64,000 nt of DNA from an uncultured bacterium (GTDB lineage Bacteria; Chloroflexota; UBA5177; JANWHV01): assembly GCA_963827235.1 (NCBI GenBank), contig CAWHAE010000009.1:160001-224000 (forward strand). The letters run 5' to 3'. Shown here one piece after another: positions 1 to 10,075 of the stretch (positions are counted from its first letter, which is position 1; every line of letters starts with the position of its first letter). Below the pieces are notes generated by a model that saw only the letters and a program-made list of their open reading frames with translations, was not told the origin of the DNA and searched no databases. The translations under genes were made by a program, and so were the position numbers.

Positions 1-1685
1 AGGTGGTGAGTACGTGCCTCCAAAGGCCGATCGACATTGAGGTACCAGTTGCCGAGCCGATTTGCGCTATGGGCGCGCAACGAGGCATCGCCGCTGGCCT
101 GTGCAAGATCGGCTGCCCGGCGATAGTACTCGTACGTCTGCTGATAGTCTCGGCCGGCCCACAGCATCCCCAGGTCCAGCAGCGCCTGCCACTCAGCCGG
201 TAGGCTCTTGCCTGCCCGCGCCGCCTCGAGCGCCGCGAGATAGTCGGCGTGTGCCGGCTCCCATGCGCCGAGGCTTTCGTGCGCGTGCCCGCGCATCCGA
301 TGCAGCTCCGGATCGGGGAGGAGTGACAGGTGTGCGGCCGCGTCCAACGCCCTGGTGAGGTGATCGATTGCCGCGCCCGGCGCATACAGCCGGATTGCGC
401 GCTCGCCCAGCTGCCGGGAATAGAGCATCGCCTTCTCCCAGACTCCTGCCTGGTGGTAGTGATAGGCCAGATCGGCCGGATGGCCGTGAAGTGCCGTCGC
501 GTAGAGGGTTTCAACTGCTGCGGCGACCTGGCGGTGCGTCGCCCGCCGTTCCAGGGCCAGCATGCCCGTGTAGATTGCCTCCCTGGTCAGAGCGTGCCGG
601 AAGACGATCTGCTCAGGCGGCTGCTGGATCACCAGCTGTGCGCCTACCCACTCTTTCACGCACCGCACCAGACCGTCGTCGTCGAGACCGGTCACGTGCT
701 GCAGCACGGAAAGATCGATGCGCTGGCCGATCACCGCGGCCACGGCCAGCGCACGTGCAGCCGGGGCACTGAGACGATCCCGCCGGCGCTGTACCGCGTC
801 CTGAATGCTTCGCGGGATGCGCAGGTCACGCAATGCTTCACGACTCCAGGCGCCGTCGGCAAAGTAGATGGCGCCGGAAGACACGAGCGATCGCAATACT
901 TCCTCGATGAAGAACGGGTTGCCCTCCGTCAAGCCATAGATCGCCTCGAGGAACTCCGTGCGGATAGGGCGATCCAGCCTGAATATCGCGCGGAGCATGG
1001 CCTCTACCTCGCCGGCACTCAGACGCGTGAGCGGCAGCTCGGTCGCCAGGCGGCTGCGATCCAGCTCGGCCAGTAGGTGGGTCAATTGTGCGAACGCTTC
1101 GTCGGTGCGATAGGTGAGCACGAGACCGATGGGCAGCCGGCTGGTCGCGCGAGCGAGGTGCAGGATGTATTCCAGGCTGCTGTCGTCGCTCCAATGCAAG
1201 TCCTCCAGCACGATCAGCAGCGGCCGGAGGGCAGCCAGACCGGTCAGCAGATTGGTGAGCGCGGCGAAAAGCCGTCGCTTGCGCTGCTCCGGCGCGCCAT
1301 CAGCCGCGGAAGAGTCACCGCGTCCGGCGGCAATCTCCGGCACGATCATGCTCAGCTCCGGCCCGAGGGTCTGCACGACCGCGGCCGCCGACTCGTCGGC
1401 GACGGATACGCGGCAGGCACGCACAAGGTCGCTCAACGGTCCATAGGGGAGTGACCTGTCCGGCTCAAAGCAGTCGCCCTGCAGCACGGGCATACGGCAT
1501 GTGGCAGCAATACGGATGCATTCCGCCACCAGCCGTGACTTACCGATACCTGCCTCCCCGGAGATCACGATGACGCCGCCGTGGCCGGCGGCGGACTGGT
1601 GAGCGAACTGGCCCACGGCCTGCAGATAGTGATTGCGCCCGATCAGCACCGGGCAGGTGATTGGCTGGTCGAGCGGTGACGCCAT
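1..1685 (-). CDS. AAA/STAND-type ATPase (LuxR/MalT-like regulator N-terminus), partial, runs off the window start
   Basis: Manual translation from ATG at 1685: MASPLDQPITCPVLIGR, Walker A GEAGIGKS, Walker B LIVLEDLHW, later GNPFFIEE. Absent from the ORF track, consistent with no stop inside the window. Confidence 0.85.
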   Translation of the reverse strand, partial: MASPLDQPITCPVLIGRNHYLQAVGQFAHQSAAGHGGVIVISGEAGIGKSRLVAECIRIAATCRMPVLQGDCFEPDRSLPYGPLSDLVRACRVSVADESAAAVVQTLGPELSMIVPEIAAGRGDSSAADGAPEQRKRRLFAALTNLLTGLAALRPLLIVLEDLHWSDDSSLEYILHLARATSRLPIGLVLTYRTDEAFAQLTHLLAELDRSRLATELPLTRLSAGEVEAMLRAIFRLDRPIRTEFLEAIYGLTEGNPFFIEEVLRSLVSSGAIYFADGAWSREALRDLRIPRSIQDAVQRRRDRLSAPAARALAVAAVIGQRIDLSVLQHVTGLDDDGLVRCVKEWVGAQLVIQQPPEQIVFRHALTREAIYTGMLALERRATHRQVAAAVETLYATALHGHPADLAYHYHQAGVWEKAMLYSRQLGERAIRLYAPGAAIDHLTRALDAAAHLSLLPDPELHRMRGHAHESLGAWEPAHADYLAALEAARAGKSLPAEWQALLDLGMLWAGRDYQQTYEYYRRAADLAQASGDASLRAHSANRLGNWYLNVDRPLEARTHH

Positions 1686-2134
1686 CAGACTGCCTTGTTT
1701 GACTCGCGTAACGACCGCCATCATCTCGCGTGCCCAGCGAAGATCGCGATCGAATGAACTCGGCTGGATTGGAATATACAGTGGGAACGAATAGCCGGTT
1801 CGACCGATCATGAAAGGAGCCGTGACCGCCCGCTATTGGCGCCGTGGCCCGGTTCCAGCGGGCCGAGAGGCAAGACTTGACCGCGCGGCAGCGAGCCGCG
1901 CGGTCGCCGGCACGTCCGCCCAGCTTCGAGCTGCCTGTGCTCTTCTCCAGCAGGTCAGAGTAGATTGGAGGTAGCGGGCGGCGCTTGCCGTCTACCTGAT
2001 TCGCTGCCGCACGCTTCCGGATGCCACGCTTGCGCACATGCGAGCCCTGTCTCCGGATGCACCGGGCAGTGATAGCCGGGAGAATGCACTGGACCGGCTC
2101 GCCGTGGCGCGGGACTGGATGTTGTGAGGCAGAG

Positions 2135-2779
2135 GTGGCGGAGCAAGCCGAGTCCGGCCAGCCGGCGGCGATGGAGACGGCACGCCTGGAAGCATTCAGC
2201 GACGGGGTCTTCGCCGTCGCCATCACCTTGCTCGCTCTCGACCTCCGGGTGCCGGTGCACCGGGATCTGGTGAACGCCCACGGTCTAGCCCGGGCCCTGG
2301 CAGGCCAGTGGCCGGAGTACGTCGCGTACGCGCTCAGCTTTCTGAGCATCCTGGTCATGTGGGTGAACCATCACCACCTGTTCGTCGTCATCCGGCGCGC
2401 GGATCACTTCTTCCTCATGCTCAACGGGCTGCTCCTGATGATCGTCACCACGATCCCTTTCGTCACGAACCTGCTGGCCGCGTATCTCGTGCAACCGGAG
2501 AAGCGAACCGCTCAGGTCGTGTTCAGCGGCGCCTACTTTCTCTTGGCAATCGTGTTCAACACCATGTGGCGCTACGCGTCGACAGGCAGACGCCTGCTCG
2601 GCTCCAATATCGACAATCGCCGGGTTGAAGACATCACACGCCAGTTCCGCTTCGGTCCGCTCCTGTATCTGACCTCGTTCGCCCTGGCGTTTGTCAGTGC
2701 TGAGGCCAGTCTCGCCCTATGCATTCTCCTGGCTTTGTTCTACGGGCTGCCAAGCAGCATCACCCGCGCCACGCGCTGA
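2135..2779 (+). CDS. TMEM175-family (DUF1211) potassium channel
   Basis: Signature RLEAFSDGVFAVAITLL and WVNHH; multiple TM helices. Start is GTG 2135 or ATG 2171. Confidence 0.9.
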   Translation: MAEQAESGQPAAMETARLEAFSDGVFAVAITLLALDLRVPVHRDLVNAHGLARALAGQWPEYVAYALSFLSILVMWVNHHHLFVVIRRADHFFLMLNGLLLMIVTTIPFVTNLLAAYLVQPEKRTAQVVFSGAYFLLAIVFNTMWRYASTGRRLLGSNIDNRRVEDITRQFRFGPLLYLTSFALAFVSAEASLALCILLALFYGLPSSITRATR

Positions 2780-3008
2780 CAAGCGGGCATGCACCTCTGC
2801 CACTTGGATCTGGATGTGGCGCTTCAGGAGCTCGGCATCTCCCGGCGGGCGGTTCGCCCATCTCACCCGTAACTCGTCAAGTTGGGACGATGATGGAGAG
2901 CCTGTTGGCGTGGCTTCCCATGTCGCTCCCATGTTGGAAGGTTAGCATCGGCTATGAAGCATCTCCTCGACGCGCCATTCGAGCCCACTGTAGTGAGCAG
3001 AGCGCAGC

Positions 3009-4361
3009 ATGCACATACTGGTCGTTGAAGACAAGCGCCGTCTGGCTCGACTCCTCGAGGACTCACTGGAGCTGTGGAATGCCCTTGTGGTCCTCCTGCT
3101 CGTCGGCGCCCTCGAGGGCATCACGTACGTGGTGCTGGCCAGGAGCTTCAGCAATGCCGTGGAGTCCGAGCTGCATGCTCGCATGAGCCAGAAGCTCTCC
3201 ATCGCCAATCAGGTAGGCCTCAGCGCACTCGCCCAGCGCAACGCACAGCGTCTGGAGTACGACCTCGCCTATCCCGGCGTCTTCGCGCCGGTTGCCGACA
3301 TGCACGGACGCGTGCTCGCCGCCCCGGTGGGGCTGCGGGCCCTCGCGGTGCCCGACCAAGCGGCACTGGACCACGCCTTGACCGGGCACGTGGACGAACG
3401 CACGGTCAAGCGCGGCGCGTATGACGTGCGGCTGCTCAGCGCTCCCGTGTTCTCGGGCTCGCGCGTCATCGGCGCCGTGCAGGTCGGCCGCTCGCAGGTC
3501 CTGCACGAGCGCGAGCTCGCCACCTTGCTCCAGGTAGCGCTCATCGGCGGCATGGTGGCCCTGGTGCTTTGCCTGGGAGGCGGCCTCTTCCTCGCCGGAC
3601 GCGCGCTCGTCCCGGTACGTGCGGCGTTCGTGGCGCAACAGGCCTTTGCGGCCGATGCCTCTCATGAGCTACGCACTCCGCTGGCCTTGCTGCGCGGCAC
3701 GGCGGAGATGCTGCAATCTCGCTACGGGCGCGACGCCCGGCGCGATCACCCGATGATCGCCGATCTGCTGAGCGATTGCGATCGGCTGCGGCGGCTGGTC
3801 GGTGACCTGCTTACGCTGGCGCGGGCGGATGCTGGCCAGATGGCGCTTCGCTCGGAGGCGGTGCGGCTGGACCGGTTGGTGGATGACGCAGGCCGTCGCG
3901 GACTGGTGCTCGCCGCGCCGCGTGAGATCGCGCTGACCTGGAGCGCATCCGAGATCACCTGGGTAGACGGCGACCCGGCCTGGTTGGCTCAGCTCATCTG
4001 GATCCTGCTGGACAATGCGCTCTCGTATACCAATCAAGGTGGTGCCGTGCGAATGGACCTCACTGCCAACGGCCGCCATGTCGGACTCGCGGTCTCGGAC
4101 GCGGGCATCGGCATTCCCGCCTCGAGCCTGCCGCACATCTTCGACCGCTTCTATCGCGTGGATTCGGCGCGTGCGCGAGAATCAGGCGGGGCAGGGCTCG
4201 GCCTCGCCCTGGCACGCGTCATCGCAAAAGCGCACGGCGGCACGATCCAGGCTGAGAGCGGCGAAGGCCTGGGCAGCGTGTTCACCGTCTACCTGCCCGT
4301 ACGACGCGATCCCGCCGGCTCAGGTGAGCCTTCCGCGACCAAGCGATCAGAGCCGCGCTGA
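3009..4361 (+). CDS. Sensor histidine kinase with a short N-terminal response-regulator remnant
   Basis: H-box DASHELRTPL, N-box ILLDNALSY, G boxes DAGIGI and GGAGLGL, two TM segments. First ~21 aa are MHILVVEDKRRLARLLEDSLE. Confidence 0.85.
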   Translation: MHILVVEDKRRLARLLEDSLELWNALVVLLLVGALEGITYVVLARSFSNAVESELHARMSQKLSIANQVGLSALAQRNAQRLEYDLAYPGVFAPVADMHGRVLAAPVGLRALAVPDQAALDHALTGHVDERTVKRGAYDVRLLSAPVFSGSRVIGAVQVGRSQVLHERELATLLQVALIGGMVALVLCLGGGLFLAGRALVPVRAAFVAQQAFAADASHELRTPLALLRGTAEMLQSRYGRDARRDHPMIADLLSDCDRLRRLVGDLLTLARADAGQMALRSEAVRLDRLVDDAGRRGLVLAAPREIALTWSASEITWVDGDPAWLAQLIWILLDNALSYTNQGGAVRMDLTANGRHVGLAVSDAGIGIPASSLPHIFDRFYRVDSARARESGGAGLGLALARVIAKAHGGTIQAESGEGLGSVFTVYLPVRRDPAGSGEPSATKRSEPR

Positions 4362-4680
4362 GCAACACCCGGCAACCCTGGTCCGTTGGCCGGGGGGACA
4401 GGTGGGTACGACCAGCCAGGCGGCTGACTTGGTAGTCAGTCCGAATGGCACGACCGATATCTTCGCCGCCGGCACGGTGCCGGTTCCGGGCGGCAGTCCT
4501 GCCGCCAACGCGAACGGCGCGCCGCAGTTCACTCCGCCCTACGCGGCGCGGGCAGCGGCGGGTACCACCGTCGTCACCACCACCGATCCTGCCCTGCTCA
4601 ACCCCTGCGACGGCGGTGCGTACCGCTACAGCTACGGCCAACAGAACGGCAAGCCGGTATATGATGTCGTCTGCGAATGA
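4362..4680 (+). pseudogene. Probable C-terminal fragment of a secreted protein
   Basis: Open frame with coding-like composition (...DPALLNPCDGGAYRYSYGQQNGKPVYDVVCE*) but no start codon or RBS after the kinase stop. Confidence 0.35.
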
Positions 4681-5389
4681 GCGCTGGAGCCAAACCTGGC
4701 CGAAGCATGCGGACGCCGGTGCCGTGACTGTTTTGATCGCATGCGGGTATCAGCCGGCGCGTCCGGGCTGGTGCGCCATGCTGCGCACCAGCCCGGACGT
4801 CAGGATCGTTGCGGAGGCTGCGGACGAGTTCGAGGCCATCGCTCTGGTGGCAGACTTGCGGCCTCGCGCTGTAGTTATGCCCACCGACTTGTCGCCGGGG
4901 GACGGCTTCGCGGCTGCCTGTGCGATCAGACGTATCTCTCCAGCCACCTCGATTCTCCTGCTGGGCCTGGCTGGCGACTCGTCCGGCGTGCGGAAGGCCG
5001 TACGGGCAGGCGCGAGTGGCTATTTGCCGCTGCAGAGTACCGGCGCTTTGGTGCTCCACGCGGTTCTCGCCATTGCACAGGGGGATGTGCTGGTGGCCGG
5101 TACGTCCTACCTACCCCTTGCGCCTGTCACCGCTCTCGCCGCGCCTTGCTCCGGCGCCGGCCGCTCTCCGAGCTCCAGCGCTGAGCACACGGTCGAGCCG
5201 CTAACGGAGCGCGACGTGACGATTCTGGAGCTGATCGCCCAGGGCATGACCAACCGGGACATGGCACGCACGCTCTCGTTCGCCGAAGTGACCATCAATA
5301 TGCACGTGCGGCGCATACTGGCGAGGCTGCGCGCCGCCGACCGGACACAGGCCGCGGTCATCGCGCTCCGCCTGGGCATCATCGTGTGA
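4661..5389 (+). CDS. NarL/LuxR-family response regulator with a degenerate receiver domain
   Basis: C-terminal HTH LTERDVTILELIAQGMTNRDMARTL...DRTQAAVIALRLG; the receiver lacks canonical acidic residues. Start uncertain. Confidence 0.75.
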   Translation: MMSSANERWSQTWPKHADAGAVTVLIACGYQPARPGWCAMLRTSPDVRIVAEAADEFEAIALVADLRPRAVVMPTDLSPGDGFAAACAIRRISPATSILLLGLAGDSSGVRKAVRAGASGYLPLQSTGALVLHAVLAIAQGDVLVAGTSYLPLAPVTALAAPCSGAGRSPSSSAEHTVEPLTERDVTILELIAQGMTNRDMARTLSFAEVTINMHVRRILARLRAADRTQAAVIALRLGIIV

Positions 5390-5693
5390 GCCGGCGTGCC
5401 TGCCGGCGTCTCGGCCCGTGCTGGCACTGTCCTACCCGCCGTGCGCCGGGTAGTCATGGCGGGAGGAAGTCGCGGCGTTGCCGTGACGCGAGTTGATCTC
5501 CGTGTTGCGGCCTCCTGAGCTACACTTACCGGCATCGGCGCCGGGTGAGCAGGCCACTGTGATCTGCCCCCCCCCGCCGGATCGCATGCCGCTCGGGCCT
5601 AGGTAGCCACAGCTTGCAGCCTCGCGGCCGATCCTGCGCCGCTCCAGGGATGCCGTCCCCACCGCCCCGAATAGCCGGAAAGGATCCGCACCG

Positions 5694-7362
5694 ATGATCA
5701 CCGTTGACGCTATTCGCCCCGTGCCGCTCTTTGCCGGTCTCGACGAAGACCTGTTGCGGCGCATCGCCGCCAGGGCTGCCGACGTGCGTCTGCGCGCGGG
5801 CGACTGGGCGGCACGCGAGGGCGAGGCAGGCGCGTTCTACATTCTGCTCGCCGGTCGCATGGAGATCACGAAGACCTTTGCCGGCAGACAGAAGCGGCTC
5901 GCCCTGCGCGAGCCCGGCGACTACTTTGGCGAGGTGCCGCTCCTCTTGGGTGCGCCGTTTCTGGCCAACTACCGCGCGGTCGTCCCCTCTCACCTCGTTC
6001 GCGTGGAACGGACCGACCTCGCCGGCCTTCTGTGTAGGTAGCCGACCGTGCGCGACGAGCTGACCGCCGCCTTCCTGGAACGTGTCCAGGGCGTGGAGCA
6101 AGCGGTGACGGCGGCAGGACGCCTCCCGCTGGTGGTCGGCACGCGCTTCGACCCTGCCTGCTATGTCGTGCGCGATTTTCTGACGCGCACCTTTGTGGAG
6201 AGCGAGTAGCTCGAATCCCACGGACGAGGATGAGCGGACATGTATTCCGCCCGCGGCCCTGGCCCATGACCGTTTGCCCCTCCTGGTGCTGCCCGACGAG
6301 ACGATGCTCGTGCAGCCTTCCTTGCGCGAGGTAGCCGAGGCGGTTGGCCTGCGCACCGCACCGTCCGGACCGGCGTACGATGTGGTGATCATCGGGGGTG
6401 GGCCGAGCGGCCTCGCCGCCGCCGTCTACGGCGCCTCGGAAGGGCTGCGGTCGCTGCTCGTCGAGGAGACCGCGCCGGGCGGCCAGGCCGGCATGTCTTC
6501 ACGCATCGAGAACTACCTTGGCTTTCCCATCGGCGTGGCAGGCGACGACCTCGGCAGCCGTGCCCTCACGCAGGCCCAGCGATTCGGCGCCGAGATCATC
6601 GTCACCCGCCACGTCGATGGTATCGAGCCCGGTCCGGCGAGCCATGCCATCCTGCTCGACGGCGGCCAGCGTATCCGCGCTCGGGCCCTCGTGCTCTCCT
6701 TGGGCGTCAACTATCGCAAGCTCGCCGTGCCCGGAATCGATCGCCTGGTGGGGGCGGGCGTCTTCCACGGCGCCGCGCGAGCGGAAGCCAGCACCACCCG
6801 CGGCTGTCACATCTACTTGATCGGCGGCGGCAATTCCGCCGGTCAATCGGCCATGTTCTTCTCCGACTATGCCACGCAGGTCACCCTGCTGGTACGTGGA
6901 CCGTCCCTCGCTGCGTCGATGTCGCAATACCTGATCGGCCAGCTGGCAACCAGGGATAACATCGTGGTGCGCACCAATTGCGAGCTTGCCGCCGTGGCAG
7001 GCGACCTCCATCTGCAGTCGATCACGCTGCGTGACCCGGCGTGCGGAGTGGAAGAGACCCTGTCGGCCGACTGCGTGTTCATCTTCATCGGGGCCAATGC
7101 GCACACGGAGTGGCTGCCGGACGCCATAGCGCGGGATAGGCAGGGCTTTCTGCTCACCGGTCGCCATGCCGACGAAGTATCCGGCGCCGCCGTTCTGGAC
7201 CGCGACCGCTATCTGCTCGAGACCACCGTGCCCGGCATCTTCGCGGCGGGCGACGTACGGCACGGCTCGATGAAGCGCGTGGCGGCCGCGGTCGGCGAAG
7301 GCAGCATGGCCATCGCCTTCATCCACCAGTACCTCGCCACCCTGCCGGCGCAGAGCCGGTAA
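5694..7362 (+). pseudogene. Cyclic-nucleotide-binding domain / thioredoxin-reductase-like FAD oxidoreductase, disrupted
   Basis: cNMP motif PGDYFGEVPLL; in-frame TAG at 6039 and 6207, then a frameshift near 6215; downstream frame has GGGPSG, GGGNSAGQ and GIFAAGDVR. Confidence 0.85.
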
Positions 7363-7413
7363 GGCTCGCCATCGCCTACACTGATCTCGTGCAGTCTGCT
7401 CGGAGGCCGCGGC

Positions 7414-8115
7414 GTGCGTGATACAACGATTGTTCTGATCGACGGGCTCCCCGGTTCCGGAAAATCGACCACCGCCAGGTTCCTCACGGCGCAGTTCCAG
7501 CGGGCCGGACTGGCGGCGGCGTGCTGGCTCGAGGTGGCCGAGCAGGGACAGGACCACCCACTCAACGTGGGCGGCGCTATGCACCCCGCCGGACAGACTA
7601 CGGGGTCGCGCCTCTTCGCACACTACTCCGTCGCATCCTATATCGAAGAGAGCCTGCAGCGGTGGCAGGACTTCGTCCAGGCGTGCGCCGGCACGGCCGA
7701 CGTGCAGATCGTGGAGAGCTACCCGTATCAGAACGCGGCCAGGGTGCTCCTGCAGATGGACGCCGGCATCGACCAGATCCACTCGTACGCCGCGGCCATC
7801 GAGCAGGTGCTCCAGCCGCTCCATCCCGTCTTGATCTACTTCGAGCAGCAGGACTTCGTGGCCGCGACGCGGGCAATAGCCCGGCAGCGCGGTCCGGCAT
7901 GGACCGCGTACCTTGCCGAGGTGGCCACGGATTGTCCCTACGCCAGACGGCTGGGGCTGCACGGGCTTGACGGTGTGCTCTCCGTGATGACCGCGTACAA
8001 GGCCATGCTGGACGATCTCCGCGCGGCATCCGGCCTGCCTGAGCTCGTTCTACGAGACTGTGCCGGCCGATGGCCGGCCTGCTACCAGGAGATCCTGGCC
8101 TTTCTCCAGATCTAG
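7414..8115 (+). CDS. P-loop nucleotide-kinase-like protein
   Basis: N-terminal VLIDGLPGSGKSTTA Walker A; 233 aa. Confidence 0.7.
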   Translation: MRDTTIVLIDGLPGSGKSTTARFLTAQFQRAGLAAACWLEVAEQGQDHPLNVGGAMHPAGQTTGSRLFAHYSVASYIEESLQRWQDFVQACAGTADVQIVESYPYQNAARVLLQMDAGIDQIHSYAAAIEQVLQPLHPVLIYFEQQDFVAATRAIARQRGPAWTAYLAEVATDCPYARRLGLHGLDGVLSVMTAYKAMLDDLRAASGLPELVLRDCAGRWPACYQEILAFLQI

Positions 8116-8119
8116 GGAG

Positions 8120-8134
8120 GTGCAGAGCCTGCAC
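8120..8134. terminator. Short hairpin between convergent genes
   Basis: GTGCAG-agc-CTGCAC between the stops at 8115 and 8135; no U-tract. Confidence 0.3.
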
Positions 8135-9226
8135 TCACGGCAGACTGTCGATCTCCGCGAGGAGCCCGGTCGAAGCTGCACGCATGCTGCTCGAGCGTCT
8201 CACGATCAGGTCGGGTCGCGGCAGCGGGGTGCGTGCCAGGGTCGCCGCCTCTGCCGGCGCCGTTCCGCCGAGCGCCGAGAGGAGGAGCGCGACGGCATGC
8301 CGCCCGGTCTCCAGCTGGTGCAGGCGAATACTGGAAAGGGGCGGATCCACCACTGCCGCGAGCTCCGTGTCGTCCACGCCGGCGATGGCGATGTCGTCCG
8401 GTACGCGTATCCCTTGGCGCCTACACGCCAGGATGGCGCCGACTGCCAGCAGGTCGTTATAGGCAAACAGCGCGTCCGGCCTCGGTCGCTGCGCGAGCAG
8501 CGTCGAGGCCGCGATCGTGCCCTCGCGGATGGTCGCCCGGATGCAGCGCCGAATCCAGCGATCCGAGGGCTCGATACCCTCGGCACGCAGCGCATCGCAA
8601 TAGCCGGCATAGCGTTCGGCTGCCACCCAGTCGGCGGAGCTCGTATCGCTGTCGCCCAAGTAGGCAATGTGACGGCGGCCCTCGGACAGCAGATGCCGCG
8701 TGGCCAGCTCGCCGACGAAATGCTGGTCGACCAGCACGGCGAGATGCGGGAAGGTACTGGCCTCCTCCTCGGCAGGCCGATCGATGTGGACGACCGGGCA
8801 GTGATGCGCCGCCGCGTCCATCAGGCCATTCAGCTCGGCGTCGCCGATGTCGCTCAGCCACAGGATGATGCCGGAGACGTGCTGGCCTAACAGAGCGCGG
8901 ACGTGCCGTGCTTCACGGTGCGGATCGCCGTCGAGGCTGCCGAGAAACAGATTGTAGTCATACGACTCCGCCATGGACACGCAGCCGTCGATGCCGCCGG
9001 CGAAGAACGGATTCGAGATGTCCGGCACGATGAGGCCGATCGTGCGCGTGTGCTTGGTCGCCAGGCCCCGAGCCAGGGGATTTGGGTGGAAACCGAGATC
9101 CCTGATCGTCGCGAGCACGTGCTCGCGCGTGCTTGCCAGGACGCGCGCCTCGTTGTTGATCACGCGCGAGACCGTCTTGGGGGAGACGCCCGCCGCCTTG
9201 GCGACATCCCGGATCGTCACGGACAC
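8135..9226 (-). CDS. LacI-family transcriptional regulator
   Basis: TIRDVAKAAGVSPKTVSRVIN HTH; IGLIVPDISNPFF; PDALFAYNDLLAVG. Confidence 0.95.
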   Translation of the reverse strand: MSVTIRDVAKAAGVSPKTVSRVINNEARVLASTREHVLATIRDLGFHPNPLARGLATKHTRTIGLIVPDISNPFFAGGIDGCVSMAESYDYNLFLGSLDGDPHREARHVRALLGQHVSGIILWLSDIGDAELNGLMDAAAHHCPVVHIDRPAEEEASTFPHLAVLVDQHFVGELATRHLLSEGRRHIAYLGDSDTSSADWVAAERYAGYCDALRAEGIEPSDRWIRRCIRATIREGTIAASTLLAQRPRPDALFAYNDLLAVGAILACRRQGIRVPDDIAIAGVDDTELAAVVDPPLSSIRLHQLETGRHAVALLLSALGGTAPAEAATLARTPLPRPDLIVRRSSSMRAASTGLLAEIDSLP

Positions 9227-9268
9227 GGCCTTGATCTCTCTTTCTGTGTCCTCGCAGCCCGCAACGCG

Positions 9269-10069
9269 TCAGCTCTTCGCTGACAGCGGTGTCATCGCGG
9301 ATCCATCGCCACTTCCGCCGACGGTGACCGCGAGGCCGGCCTCGACAAACACATCGATGTTGGCACGTACCGGCTGCGCGTCGTCAAACGGCGGATCGAA
9401 TGCCATGCCCAGCGGCTGGTACTTCCCGCCCGCCGCCCGGTTATATGGCAGAAGGTCGACGCGCTGCACGGTCGAAACGGCGCGTGCCGTTGCCGCGATG
9501 GCACGCAGATTCTCGTCGGTGTCGGTTATGCCGGGCACCAGAGGTACCCGAACCACTACTGGGACAGCCAGGTCCGCCGTCGAGCGAAGGTTGCGCAGAA
9601 TGGCGTCGTTGTACACACCCGTGTAGCGACGGTGCGCGGCCCGATCGATCAGCTTCAGATCGAAATACAGGAGATCGCACCGGCGCGCAAGGCGCGAGAA
9701 GACCAGCGAGCCGGCAAACCCCGACGTGTCCAGAACCACGTGCAGGTTCTCGAGGCGCTCCAGCACGCCCTCGAGAAAGGCTGCCTGGTAGAGCGGCTCG
9801 CCTCCTGAGAACGTCACGCCCCCGTCGTTCCAGCGCAGGATCTCGGCCTGGCTGTTCAGCAGCGACGCCAGTCGTTCCTCCGTATACACGCGGCCCACCG
9901 TGCGCTCGCCGACCGCCGTGCGCATGAGCTGCGGACTGGGATCGATGGACTCGGGATTGTGGCACCACGCGCACTTCAGCGGACAGCCCTTGAGGAACAC
10001 GGTGGTGCGGATCCCAGGGCCGTCGTGCACGGTGAACTCGCGGATATCGGCGACCGTACCGCTACACAT
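9269..10069 (-). CDS. Glycyl-radical enzyme activating protein (radical SAM)
   Basis: HDGPGIRTTVFLKGCPLKCAWCHNPES (CxxxCxxC); GGVTFSGGEPLYQ. Confidence 0.95.
   Translation of the reverse strand: MCSGTVADIREFTVHDGPGIRTTVFLKGCPLKCAWCHNPESIDPSPQLMRTAVGERTVGRVYTEERLASLLNSQAEILRWNDGGVTFSGGEPLYQAAFLEGVLERLENLHVVLDTSGFAGSLVFSRLARRCDLLYFDLKLIDRAAHRRYTGVYNDAILRNLRSTADLAVPVVVRVPLVPGITDTDENLRAIAATARAVSTVQRVDLLPYNRAAGGKYQPLGMAFDPPFDDAQPVRANIDVFVEAGLAVTVGGSGDGSAMTPLSAKS
9281..9294. promoter_or_regulatory. LacI-type operator (copy 2) upstream of the lacI gene
   Basis: TGACAGCGGTGTCA, an imperfect palindrome with central CG, matching the site at 12436. Confidence 0.6.
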
Positions 10070-10075
10070 GGACCT

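Noticed and set aside
6039-6209. Pyrrolysine or amber read-through of the two in-frame TAG codons
   Set aside because: A frameshift follows immediately, the second TAG sits where Trp (TGG) is expected, many intact genes here end in TAG, and no pyl genes are in the window.
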